Source: Chrysomallon squamiferum (Eukaryota > Animalia > Mollusca). Taken from it: a stretch of DNA of 64,000 bases. A program made the translations under genes and the position numbers. Location of the stretch: contig CM022679.1 in NCBI GenBank assembly GCA_012295275.1, forward strand, positions 7,316,001 through 7,380,000. Direction: 5' to 3'. Shown in pieces: positions 14,860 through 27,163 of this stretch (its first letter is position 1; every line of letters begins with the position of its first letter). Under the pieces are notes generated by a model. The model did not search any database. It worked only from the letters and a program-made list of their open reading frames with translations, and was not told where the DNA came from.

Positions 14860-15094
14860 GAGTTATTTCCCTTCCTCTGTTTTCAGGAAATGTGACACGT
14901 TGGTCATCAACAACAAAGTGACTGTTAGCTTACAAGTGAAATCTCGTTAGTTTTCATTAAATTATTTAATTTTAAAAGAATTGAAATCTTCATTAATATG
15001 AACTCAGTAAATCTAAGGCTTGTGTGAATGGAATATTCTACTGATAACTATCTCATCCACTATCTGTTAACATAGAAGAAAAAACCACACAAAG
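14860..15094 (+). promoter_or_regulatory. Probable SLC38A10 promoter and non-coding first exon
   Basis: Locally CpG-containing stretch with an ETS-like CAGGAAAT (14884) and a donor AAAG|GTAAAA at 15094/15095. The next clear acceptor (17570-17571) opens the ATG-bearing exon. The TSS is not determinable from sequence. Confidence 0.45.
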
Positions 15095-17610
15095 GTAAAA
15101 ATTAAAATGCAAACGAAGAATCGTGACAGGACTACGAATGAATGTTACGATTTTTATTAGTACATGTCATTATAAATAAGAATCAGCGCCATATTTATAT
15201 ATTAAAATATTACTTTTACATACTTAAGTTTGGCAATGTTGCAGTTACGGATATGATTTGTTGTTTGCTGAGATTTTTTAAATTACCAATATAATAAATA
15301 GCAGAATACGCTAATATTACTATTACTGTATTAGTAACTACTAACTGAATATTAGTATTACTAAGTTAATGTTTACTTTACTGCTAGTTGTCACAAAAAT
15401 AAATATATAAGGGGACTTTCATTTACATCTTTTTAATATAGCATTTTCCAGTGCCACTTTTATGCTCGCAGTTAATACCAGTTTATGGCATTAAATATTA
15501 AAGGGTTTAGTTGATAAATTTAAAACTAATGAAGACTAAAGAGGCCTAATACTAATAGCAATATATTCTGAAAAGTGAAGTTTTCATACAACTTTAGCTG
15601 TTATCAGTTTTTTTTAGTTTTGTTTTTTTTTTTTTTTTAAAGATAATCTTTTCACAAAATTATACCTTATTATTTATTGTCTGTGTAATTCTCTTACAAG
15701 TCATACTATAAATGATTTTTTGTGTATTTTTGTTTTCTAATCAGTGATCCATAATAGGTGTATCCAGTAGTTTGAATAGTTTAGATGCAGTTCTGTTGCT
15801 GGCAACATATGATATGCGAGTAGATAGATAGATACACACATATATACAATCATATACTGAGTTGGAAGAAAATATCTTAATATTTTTCCATAAATGGTGT
15901 TTGAGCATATGATTTTATTAAACATGACAGAAATATATGACACATGTACATATTCACATGAATTTTTGATCCAACTCTGTATATATGTGTGTGCTTGATA
16001 GTGTGTGCATGTGTTTATGCAAAAAAAAAGTTATTATATTGTCATATGTGTCCTGTCGAGCTATACAGAGTTGTTGTTTTATAGTTTAAACAAATATAAA
16101 GTTAAAATGAAAATGAAAAATTTAAACATTTCAAAATATATTGCTAAAACAGATACGCAGGTTAAGGACAGAACACTATTAAGAGACAGATTGTGCATTC
16201 AGCAGGCTAGACTCTTTTTATAACATGCTTGAAATTGTCCACCCACATGCATTCAAACTTTTAAACCCCTTTTCAAACATTTTGGTTTGTTCTACAATGA
16301 TAGTTATTATTTATGACAGAGATGGAAATTTTAGTAAATGTTTTACAAGCTATGAATCACAGGATCAGAGAATTCAGAATATACTTATAATTTTTTTTAT
16401 TTGTTGTTTCAGTTCAATTAACAAAATAATATATAATTAAAATATAAATTAAAAAGATGCAAATTTAAAATTTTAATAATAATTGATGATTATCAAATTA
16501 CATTCTGGTGTGAATCAGAGTTTAGGTTTTCTGTAGAAAACAAAACTTGCCATGCTATTAAATGTTTGTGAAAAATATGACAGTGGTTCTTATAAAAGAT
16601 AATGGCTATTTGTAAATACTTGAATACATATTTGTGACTTTTGTATGTTGTCAAATTCTAATGTTTTTTTTTAAATTTTTGTTTTGTTTTTAATTAATGT
16701 TAGTAATATAGAGATAAAACTAGTGACATTTTAAATGTAGCTAGTATATTTAGTATCTCTTCTAAGATTCCAGGAACCCATGTCAGACAAATATTATTTA
16801 AACAGATAGAAAATCCCTCTTCAGATGTGCCAGACTCCCTTCTCCATGGATCCATATATCCTCAGTGGAGAATGGCTGGAGTAGTCTATTGTTGTTCTGT
16901 CTCTCATTCTGTGATAAAAACCTAAGAAACAATTAATATTAAAATATACTGATTTGTCAGTAATATGATATTCATTCAGAAGTAATTATATATGTTGCAT
17001 AATTCATAAATGTAAATGTAGAAATAATTTTACAATTTTGAATCATTTTTTATAGTGTCAGCATTTTTAATTTTTAATTTTTTTTTAAAGTAAGTTTTGG
17101 TTTATTATAATCAGTTTACTGTATATATTTGAACTAATTACATTCTATTATGCATAGGGGAGTATTGATTTTCTGCTTATAAAAATTGGCAATTATGTTT
17201 AAAAAATGTTTTCCTGTTTCTTGCACTAAAATTTTGTTGTGACTTCAAAAACAATCAGGTAATGCTTCTGAACTATGTATTTTCAGTGATTTAATAACAG
17301 TATCTGTTTTATATAATAAGTCTAGCCAAATAGTAATTATTATTTTTGTTTTAAAAATTCCAGTTTACATTCTTGGAAAATCGGCACCCATATATGCATA
17401 ATATACATATTTGTTAAACAAAATGTAACTTGTGCCATCATAACCATGGCAGTTAAATTTTAGAAGTTCATTTATGTATTATGTGATCAATACATTTTTA
17501 ATTAAGTTAAAATATGTTGTTTATTTGCCTGTTAATATGTGTTTAGCATTTAACAATGTTTTATTTTTCAGAGCCATTTTGAGCAGTATTGTTTATACAT
17601 CTGGCTGACC

Positions 17611-19141
17611 ATGACACAAACACAGAACCTGCCGTATGTCATCAACCTGGGAAACAGCATTATTGGAGTATCAGTTCTTGCTATGCCTTTTTGTTTTAAA
17701 CAGGTCAGTAGTCATCTGCTATTTCACAACTTCATTTTTTTTAATTTTTTTTTAAACTTGTTTATTGTAAATATGTTTGACAGATTAAGTCAAAAATAGC
17801 CATCCTAATTCTTAACATTTACACCTAAACTAATCTTAGCAATTGGACAGTTTTAAAAATACTGTTAAATCAGTCATTTTCAGAGAAGGGAATAATAATT
17901 TTTAATATCTCATAAAAGAGAGTTAATGGGCTTTAGCTCCTGTCTTTCACTAAAGATGCATTGTAAATCAAAATACTTAATTTTATGGAACGGCTGGAAA
18001 GGAATATGGTATGTAGGTACAAAAGATGGCCTGCAGTAGCTTCTGAGACTGAAACTGGTCATTGATATAAATTATAAAAACAAAAATTAAAATGAATAAT
18101 GAAAAATATTAAAAAATAAAACCCTTTGTAATAATTAAGTAGATGAAATCTAAACAAAATACAGAAAATGAATCAACCATGCCGTTCACATGAATAGCAC
18201 CAAAATGGGGTACAACTTGTTTTCTGAACAACAGAAAAGATATTGATAAGGTGCTGTAGTGTTTATAAATTATTTTTTTTTTTTTTCTTCTTAATTTTCT
18301 AAATTTTAGTGTGGCATCATTCTGGGAGTGATTTTACTGCTGTTCAGCACATGGCTAACCCTGGTATCCTGTCAGCTCCTTGTCAAAGCAGGAGTCACAT
18401 CAAGGAGAAGATCATATGAATTTCTTGGTGGGTTATTCATTATATGTGTTATAATTTATATCTTAGTTAATACAATTTTGAAAAACTTCATCATTAACTT
18501 TTTATAGTATACTGATAAAGAAAGCACGGTATTTTTGGTGTCTGTTGCTTGTTTTTGACACAGTTCAGAGTTTTGACACACATATAAAATATACTTTCCT
18601 AATCATATGAAAATGATGCTTTGCTGTTAAAAATAATAGTAGATGGAATGGTAGCAAAAAAGAAACCATTTTTTTTATCTTTGATACTTGTATGTGTGTG
18701 TATGTATATTTGAGAATTTAATTAGATACATCAATGTGTCTATAAATCTTATTTTCTGTCTTTTGATAGGTCTTATGATTTCATTTTTGTTTCAGTTCAT
18801 TTATATAACATTATTTTAAATTTGATATAATTATCTAACTTTTCTTCTTCTGTATTTCAGCTTACCACTTATTTGGTCCTGCAGGGAAATTTATTGTTGA
18901 AGTTGGGTATGTTTTAATTTTTTTTCATGGGTTTATTAGTATATTTAATTAATTAGCATCATTATATGGGTTTAAAAATGTTTTACACTGAATTGCATTA
19001 CATTTATAAATAAAAGTTTCATAGATTAAGAAATTTATTATTTACTGATTCACTTTACATTACCAGTACACGTATGTACATTAACTGACAGACACATAAA
19101 TGTATGTTATTACATACATGCCTATACATGCTCCCATATAT

Positions 19142-19231
<90 letters not shown>

Positions 19232-19808
19232 TAATAAAAATACATATTTTCTTTCAGCATGATCGGACTACAAATAGGAACCTTGATAGCTCAGATTGTG
19301 ATAGTAGGAGATTTAGGACCAGCTATTGTTTCCAAGGTTTTTGGACTTGAGGTATGTCAGAACCATTATTATTTCCCTTACCTCATTTTGTTAATGTAAT
19401 GTTGGTGTTTCATTTTCGTAATTCTACATGGAGGCAGTAAAATCAGGATTCTACTGTAATTTATTATTAAGAGACAACACTTCCCCAAAAACCAAAACTG
19501 TTTTATCTTTGAGATCTTAAATCCCATTTATACAAGCTGTGGCATCATCATCTAATGAACATTCATTCTCTTCAGTGTTTACTTAACACTTTTAATTGCA
19601 ATAGATTTTGTTGTTGTTTTTCTCCATATATATTGGTTTAAAAATCTGGAAGATTTTCATAAATTCATTTTGAGTTTTATCAACGGTTATTTTAATATTT
19701 TTTTGTATTCTTCAGACTAGTTATACCTCAGTAAGTATTTATGTTCTAGTAGAAATTGATACTGAGGTTTTCTGTTTAAAAATAGTTCATAATAAAATCC
19801 TTTAAAGT

Positions 19809-19874
<66 letters not shown>

Positions 19875-22800
19875 AATGGTTTACAATAACAGGAGCAGGT
19901 AAAAATTTTAACATACAAAAAAAAATTTCATTTGTTTTCAGAACACATCAAGTTTCTGCGTACCTGGCTGATTATTGGTTTGTGTCTCTTTGTTGGCCTT
20001 CCACTGGGTCTTTTGAAAGATTTGCGCACTGTAAGCCATGCCAGCACAATCTGTATGTGTTTCTATGCAGTCTTCGTTGTTTATGTAAGTTCAGGAAGTG
20101 GAAATTTTCATTACTAAACATTTCTTATAGTATTGATTCATCTTTAATTTTTGCAAACATGAAGAAGAATATCAAGTAAAATTAATATTTCTGTAATTAA
20201 AATGTAATGAAGGTGATTATTAATGTTAACTTGTTTCATAAGTGCTTTTTAAAAATTTATTTCAGGTTCTTGGATTATCAGGACCCAATCTTTGGAGTGG
20301 AAACTGGTATCCAAAGGTGGAATTCTGGAACCCTGCAGGTGTTTTCCAAACATTGCCCATTTTTGCTTTGTCTTTTGGGTGTCAAACGTAAGTGAAACAA
20401 TTCATTGAATCATTATGTTGGATTATACTATTATATCCCTTACCAGTTTCATTTGTTCTAGGTCTTGCATTGTGTTTTTCATTTGTTTTTAGATACTTGG
20501 ATAAAAAAACAACAAATATCTGTAATATTTGTTTGTTTTACCTCATGAAAAATTTAAGTATGCTTCTATGTTAGGTTTGTGCCATGCTTAAATTATTTTC
20601 TAAAACTAAGCAGTAAGTGCATGTAGCTGCACACGTTTGAAAACCTTCTCAAAGTTGCCACTCACATCATTAGAAGGACATAGTATAGGTGATTTACCAT
20701 ACAAATGTACTTCAGGTACAAATGAGTATTTAAACATATCTGATGTTTGGACTGACAGTCAATAGCTTCAGAAGTGTTCAAATTGCCACACATGCCACTT
20801 GTAAGCTTATGCAATGACATAAACATGTACTTTTAATTTTAAAGTCATGAGAGTTTTCAAGAACTGATATTTAAAATCATGTTTGAATTAGATAAAAGTA
20901 TTACAGTGAATTTAAGCGTTATCAGTTCCAGTAGGATTTTGTTTTTTTTAACAAATTTAGGAACAGGTAAATGTATGCAAATGTTTCATGTATGTAAATT
21001 GATGATTTACTATAACTTTATCTATATATGCTTTATTTTATATTTACAGGCAACTTTTTCTTGTATATGATGCTCTGCCAGAACCTTCATTAAAAACCAT
21101 AAACAGTATCATTAGCAGTGCTGTTAATTTTTGTGCTGTTGCATATTTATTAGTAGGTGTTTTTTAAATTGTATTTAAATGTAACTTTAGTGATATAAGT
21201 GACCTAAATACATTTTGCATGTTTCAGAGATATAGTTTTATTATTTCAGTCAATAAACTTTACCAACTGTGATGTTTGACAAAATAACAAGTTGATTAGT
21301 ATTTATGTAAACTAATATTTTTCTTTTTATTATTTCATATATAAAATGTAAAAAAAATATGTGAAATAGATTCAGTAAATCATTGCAGAATTGCTTATTC
21401 AGACTGTCTTTTCCTTTTTTCTTTTTTGGTATATTTTTATAAATAAAATGACAATGTGAATAATGGAAAATATCTGTTTCCCAGAGCATTTGGTTCTAAT
21501 TTGAAATTTTAACACAGTTGGTTTTTATGTTTAGTGAAAGTAATATTTTAAAATTATTGAGTAATGTTATAATTCTTCAGTTAGAGTTCTTTTTGAAATT
21601 TTATGTTTATACCTAGAATATATATACAAACAAACAATTCAGTAATAAATAAAAATAATTTTGTTTGTTGATTTTTTCTTTTTAAATTTAATTTGATAAA
21701 TAAATAAAAAATAAATAAATAAGTAAGTAAGTAAGTAAGTATATTAATTAATAAATAAACATACATATATACGTGTGATTTTTATTTTTATTTTTTTCTA
21801 ATTTCAGGTTGGATTTTTTGGCTACATTGCATTTTATGGAGATGATATAACTGGTGACATTATCTCTCAGTTTCCATCCACATTTACTGCAGATGTGATG
21901 AAGTTGTGTTTTGTTTTTTCTATTGTCATAACATTTCCTGTGATCATATTTCCTTGTCGATCGAGCCTTTTCACTCTGCTCTTCCCTCAGGTTGGTATTT
22001 TTCTTACACTTTTTCAGAACCAACACAAAAAATGTCTGTAATGATTGGAAACATTTATAAAACATTCATACATTTCTAAACCATTAAATAAACTGGAATG
22101 TAATCTGAAGTAATACACTTATTATCTTTTCTAAAACATTTTCTTTTGCTGTTTTTTATTTTTAATATGATTTGTATTTTTATTTTTATTTTATTTTTCA
22201 AATTTTCAAGTATCTATATATTTTTTCTATTTAGTATTTATTTAATTCAACCAAGTTTATGTGTTTGTTTGTGACACATACATAAATCAAATGTGAATGT
22301 ATTTATGCCACGTAAATTATTTAGAAATGTATAATTTAATAATAAAATAAAACACCATTATTTGTAATTGTAGAAGCCAAAGACTCATGAAGATTTTGAA
22401 CTTGACAATCGAATTCCAGAACTACCCTTTAAAATAATCACTTTGGCTATTATCTGTGGATCTATGATAGTTGGAATCTTGGTACCAAATGGTAATAATT
22501 CAGTTAATCTTGAAATGTTCTTCAATTTAATGTATTATATCAGAACTTCAACTTTTGCTTTTCAATAAGTAAGTAAGTCAGGCTTTACTTCTCTTGAAGA
22601 GATTTTATATACTTGTAATACATATTCTTGTTAAAAGGATTTATTATTTATGATCAATTGTTTTTAATGATAGTTTAGACTGTATTTTTTACCGTTTTTT
22701 TCATTTTTCTGCAATACTTTTTGCTTGTAAAACAAAAATGTTATTCAGCCTTGTTATAGATATTTCTGCCTTTACCAGTAATTTACTGTCTTTTTTTTTT

Positions 22801-25800
22801 TTTTTTTTTTGAGATATATAATCAAAATTAAAAAAACACTGATATAACATTTCTTTATGATTCATAAAACATTGTTTGAATTATTTTTCTTATAAAATAT
22901 ATCATTTCATAATTCCTTGAGATGACTATTAAAATACAGTTATATCATTGGTTTTTAAATTAAAAATATATTTAGATGCTAATAGTTAAATGTTTATATT
23001 CGGAAAATGTTGCCATTTATTTTCACAAGTCACTTTCACTCTGCTTTTTCAAAGCGGTTTCAATTACTATATACAAAAACAAAATAAAACAAAACAACAG
23101 CAAAACATTCAAACAGAACAACAACAACAACAAAACAAAAAAATAAAAAAACAATGAGAGATACCTATAGAATAGAAAAACTGTTATTTTGAGAACTTTT
23201 TGGCTTATAAAAGTCAGTTTCATGATTTAATTTACAATATATGAAATTTAATTTTATATCACAGACTTCAAAGAAACCATCATATCACCAGTAAATCATG
23301 ACAACTGACTGCATTTTATTTTGTTAAATGTAATTATTAATTACCAGATATATTACAGATACTGAAATACATTATTCCAAATGTTATCAAAACAGTTATA
23401 AATACAATAATTAATCTTTGTTTCTTTGTTTTTAATGCATATAACCCTGCTTCAATTTTTTTTTTTTTTCATTTATCAATTCTGAAATTTGATGATAAAA
23501 ATATCTTTTGATTTTAGTGGAATTTATTCTTGGAATGAATGGTGCCACTGTGGGGACTCTCATCTGCTACATTTTTCCAGCTCTTTTTTTCATGCGTGTC
23601 ATGACTGCCAAAACAGAGGGCAGGTTTATAGCACAGGTAGGTGCATGTTACATACACCAGCTGCATACTCTTAGAATGAATATAAAACATCTTTAGTCAT
23701 ATTGGGTACTAAATGTCACCTCATGTTCATAATATTAATAAGTATAATGGCTTTGTTTTTGTTTAAAATATTTTAAAGATTTACTGAGTGTATAAATCAT
23801 GTAAATATATGGTTAAGTACATCATGTATGTAGGAGGAAATTGCATTCATATCAAAACAACCAGCCTGCTTTACCTGTTAACTTCAGGAAGGATTAACTA
23901 CAATTTGTGTAATATTAATAGTACAGTAATGAGAACTTTTATCATTTAATAACATACCTTTCTGTACAAGAAATAAAAATGATTCAGCATAATTTGATAT
24001 ATGCCTTTCCAGATCACCAGGTATGTATACTTGTATTCAGTTCATCTTTTTTTTTCTTTTTTTTTCAAGTAATTATTTTGAGGGTATGTATTTGCACATA
24101 TGTTAAACAATCCAAGCTGGCAAAATATAAAAATAAAACCATTTAACTTAATTTTATAATTTCAGCTGGTCATGTTTTTTGGTGTGAGCATTTTGCTGTT
24201 AAGTACCTTCACTACATTGTATACACAAGACAAAGGTCATACCCATCCTGTTGTACAAAAGGCATATGAAGGGGAGAATATTTTGAAAGAAGATATGTTT
24301 AATTTGCCGAAAATGAAAAATCCAGGTTTGTTGTCTGGTGACACATGATTTAACCATTTGAATGTTTTACAGTAACAAAGCTGAAACATTGTGCCGTAAA
24401 CAACTTTGGGATTGTAATTTTAAAACATTGTTTTTTGCACATGACAGTAAATTAAAGGAATAATAAAGAAATAGAAAATGTATATTGTAGAATTGGTCTT
24501 AAAGTGGTAGATGTTAAATCAAAGTTGCTGTGTTTTCAAATTTCAGTTTGGATTGTCAGGTTTTAGAAATCTTATATTACCACAATATAAAGAAAAATGT
24601 TCAGCTCTGATATATATATATATTTTTTTTTCTCTTATTATCTGCATGTGTATGATGTCTTATTTCAATAAACTGAAAAGGAATGTCATTAAACAAAATT
24701 AATTTGTTATTGTCTTCTTTATAAATGCATATTTTAAAAAAAAAATTGTTTCTAAAGTAAAAATATGATCTTGTTGTAACAACAATTTTTTCTGTGAATA
24801 ATTGTGTGTGTGTTGCTTCCAGAAACACGTGATGAGAAGAGGATGGAACCTCCCATACCAAAACCACCTGATGATACACTTGGAAAGGTAATCTTGATGT
24901 AAAAATAAAATACAAAATATATAAAAACTTTTTTAATAAATTAAACCTTACCTGTTAAAACATTTTCCTTAAAGTTACATTTGAATAAACTTCAGAGTAT
25001 GTTCTTGTAGCTATAGAAATATAGAAATTAAGAAATTGAACAGTATAAAATTTTATCAGAATATTCCTGGAATATTCAGTACTTATGGAATAATTTCTTA
25101 TCCAGATTTCTAGAAGAAAGCAGTTTTATAAATTCAGTTTTAAAATTAATTATAGGAAAAAACAGCAAAACCAGAGAATATAGAGAAGACAAAGGAATCG
25201 GATCAAAAACATGCTGAACATATAGACAGTGAAAAAACAAAAGATAAGGATAGAGATAAAGAAAAAATGGATATTCAAAAGGAAAAAGAAAAATCGGTAA
25301 TGAAGGAAGATGCAGACAAGGATGAAAAACCAGAAAAGAAACCTAAAAAGAGTGATGTGAAGCATGACAAGGAATCTAACAATGAAAAACTTCTGGCAGA
25401 CTTAGTGCAGCAGCAGAAGGAAGTGATCAAACAACAGAAGGAGCTCTTGAAAGAGCTTAAAGATCACAAGGAGAAGGAGCATGTTGCTTTGGGAAAAGAG
25501 GTTAGCATGAGATAATAATTTTTACACTATTAAAATATTTGTAAAAGAGGAAGAAGATAAACTAATATTTTGAATGTCATGTTTTTATTTCCCAATATTT
25601 TAAAATTTAGAGCTATTCCACTGATATTTTGTTATATTTTTAACAGAAATTTTGCATTTCCTCATTAAGAACAAAGTTTTAAAATAATTTTATTGATAAG
25701 CACTTGTATTTTCACAGAGCCAGCAGCCAGGTTTAATTAATAACGCACATCCAGATGTGATCCATGGGCAAGTAGGGGAAAACCCTTTGAACCAAGGACA

Positions 25801-27163
25801 GTTGGCTCAGCAAGTTTTAGGTCAAGGTCATGAGCAGATTTTCATTCAAGGTCAAGGACAGGTTCATGGTCAGATTCAGCAAGGCCAGCAACCTTTGATA
25901 CCACAGGGACAACAGCAGCAAGTCGTACCACAGGGACAACAGCAGCATGTTGTACCACAGGGACAGCAGCAGCAAGTTGTACCACAGGGACAACAGCAGC
26001 AGGTCGTACCACAGGGACAACAGCAGCAAGTTGTACCACAGGGACAACAGCAGCAGGTCATACCACAGGGACAACAGCAGCAGGTCATACCACAGGGTCA
26101 ACAGCAGCAGGTCGTACCACAGGGTCAACAGCAGCAGGTCATACCACAGGATCAACAGCAGCAGGTCGTACCACAGGGACAACAGCAGCAAGTCTTTCAA
26201 CATGGACAACAGCAGCAAGTTGTACAACAGGGACAACAGCAGCAAGTTATACCACAGGGACAACGGCAGCAAATTGTACCACAGGGACAACAGCAGCAAA
26301 TTGTACTGCAGGGACAACAGCAGCAAGTTGCACAACAGGGACAACAACAAGCTGTGGCTCAAGGACAACCATTGCATCAAGGTCAAAAACAACAACAACA
26401 GCCTATTCCTCTTAGAAATCTGCAGGAAGTCTTCCCTCAGGGACAGGCTCAACAGCTGCAAGGTCAGCAGCCAGCTGTTGTGTTACAACATCAGGGACAA
26501 GGACAACAGAGTCATGGACTAAAAGAAGCTATTCCTCATGGTCAAGTTAAGCAACAGGCTATTCCAAAACAACAACAGCCAGTAGAACAAGTAGGACATC
26601 TAGAAAAATTGATTCAGGAACAAGGGAAGGTACAAGCAGTTAATGATCAGAATGCTGCAGGAGGGAACAATAAGCAGCAGGCAGCTCAAGAACCTGTAGC
26701 TGTTCATTTCAAGAAGCCTCTAGAAGATCCTCAACTGGCAGCTGATTCCCTTTTGAATAGAGAAAAACGAGATGTTGATGATGTTCTTAAGACCTTGGAT
26801 CTCAATTCTGATGTCAAGTTTGTTCAGAACAGTGAAAACAAGATCCTCAGCAGAAAAAAAAGGAGTACAGATCATAACAAAGAACAGAACATGGAGGATC
26901 GTGTACAACCAAAAGAGATCAGCATGAAGCCAAATAAAGTATTGAATGATCAAAATACTGGTAAACCTGCAGAAATCCAAAATGTGAAGGAAAGTGGTGA
27001 TGACAAGAAAATAAAGAGTGAGATCAAGAGGAAAGTGAAAGGTTCTGATACAGTGAATATGTTATCTAATGAGAAACTTAATTATGAACTGGGTCTTGAG
27101 AAAAAACTGATTGATAATGTAAAACATAGACTAACAGTGTTTCAGATGTCGAAACGCAGATAA
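17611..27163 (+). CDS. SLC38A10: Sodium-coupled neutral amino acid transporter 10 (SLC38A10/SNAT10)-like, about 1050 aa, 14 coding exons
   Basis: Hand-assembled GT-AG exons: 17611-17703, 18310-18427, 18861-18906, 19258-19351, 19942-20084 (frame problem, see findings), 20266-20387, 21050-21152, 21808-21990, 22374-22491, 23518-23636, 24166-24325, 24823-24887, 25156-25500, 25718-27163. Translation gives Aa_trans-family motifs ([93 protein letters not shown]). A long hydrophilic tail follows, with RMEPPIPKPP and a Q/K/E coiled coil, the architecture I recognise as SLC38A10. Confidence 0.93.
19145..19228. repeat. Compound (CT)n(CA)n microsatellite in an SLC38A10 intron
   Basis: Seen directly. Confidence 0.95.
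19811..19868. repeat. (AAT)n microsatellite
   Basis: Seen directly; source of spurious poly-Leu ORF 19717..19914. Confidence 0.95.
25901..26359 (+). repeat. Coding 27-bp tandem repeat, about 17 copies, encoding PQGQQQQV(V/I)
   Basis: Unit ccacagggacaacagcagca(a/g)gt(c/t)gta repeats in frame inside the last SLC38A10 exon and is visible in ORF 25757..27163. Confidence 0.97.

Noticed and set aside
25817-26522. Overlapping repetitive ORFs (TTCCCCPCG Cys-rich, LLLLSLWYD, SSRSYHRDN)
   Set aside because: They are alternative-frame and antisense shadows of the 27-bp coding repeat. The Gln-rich frame is the one spliced to SLC38A10, and the metallothionein/keratin-associated look is an artefact.
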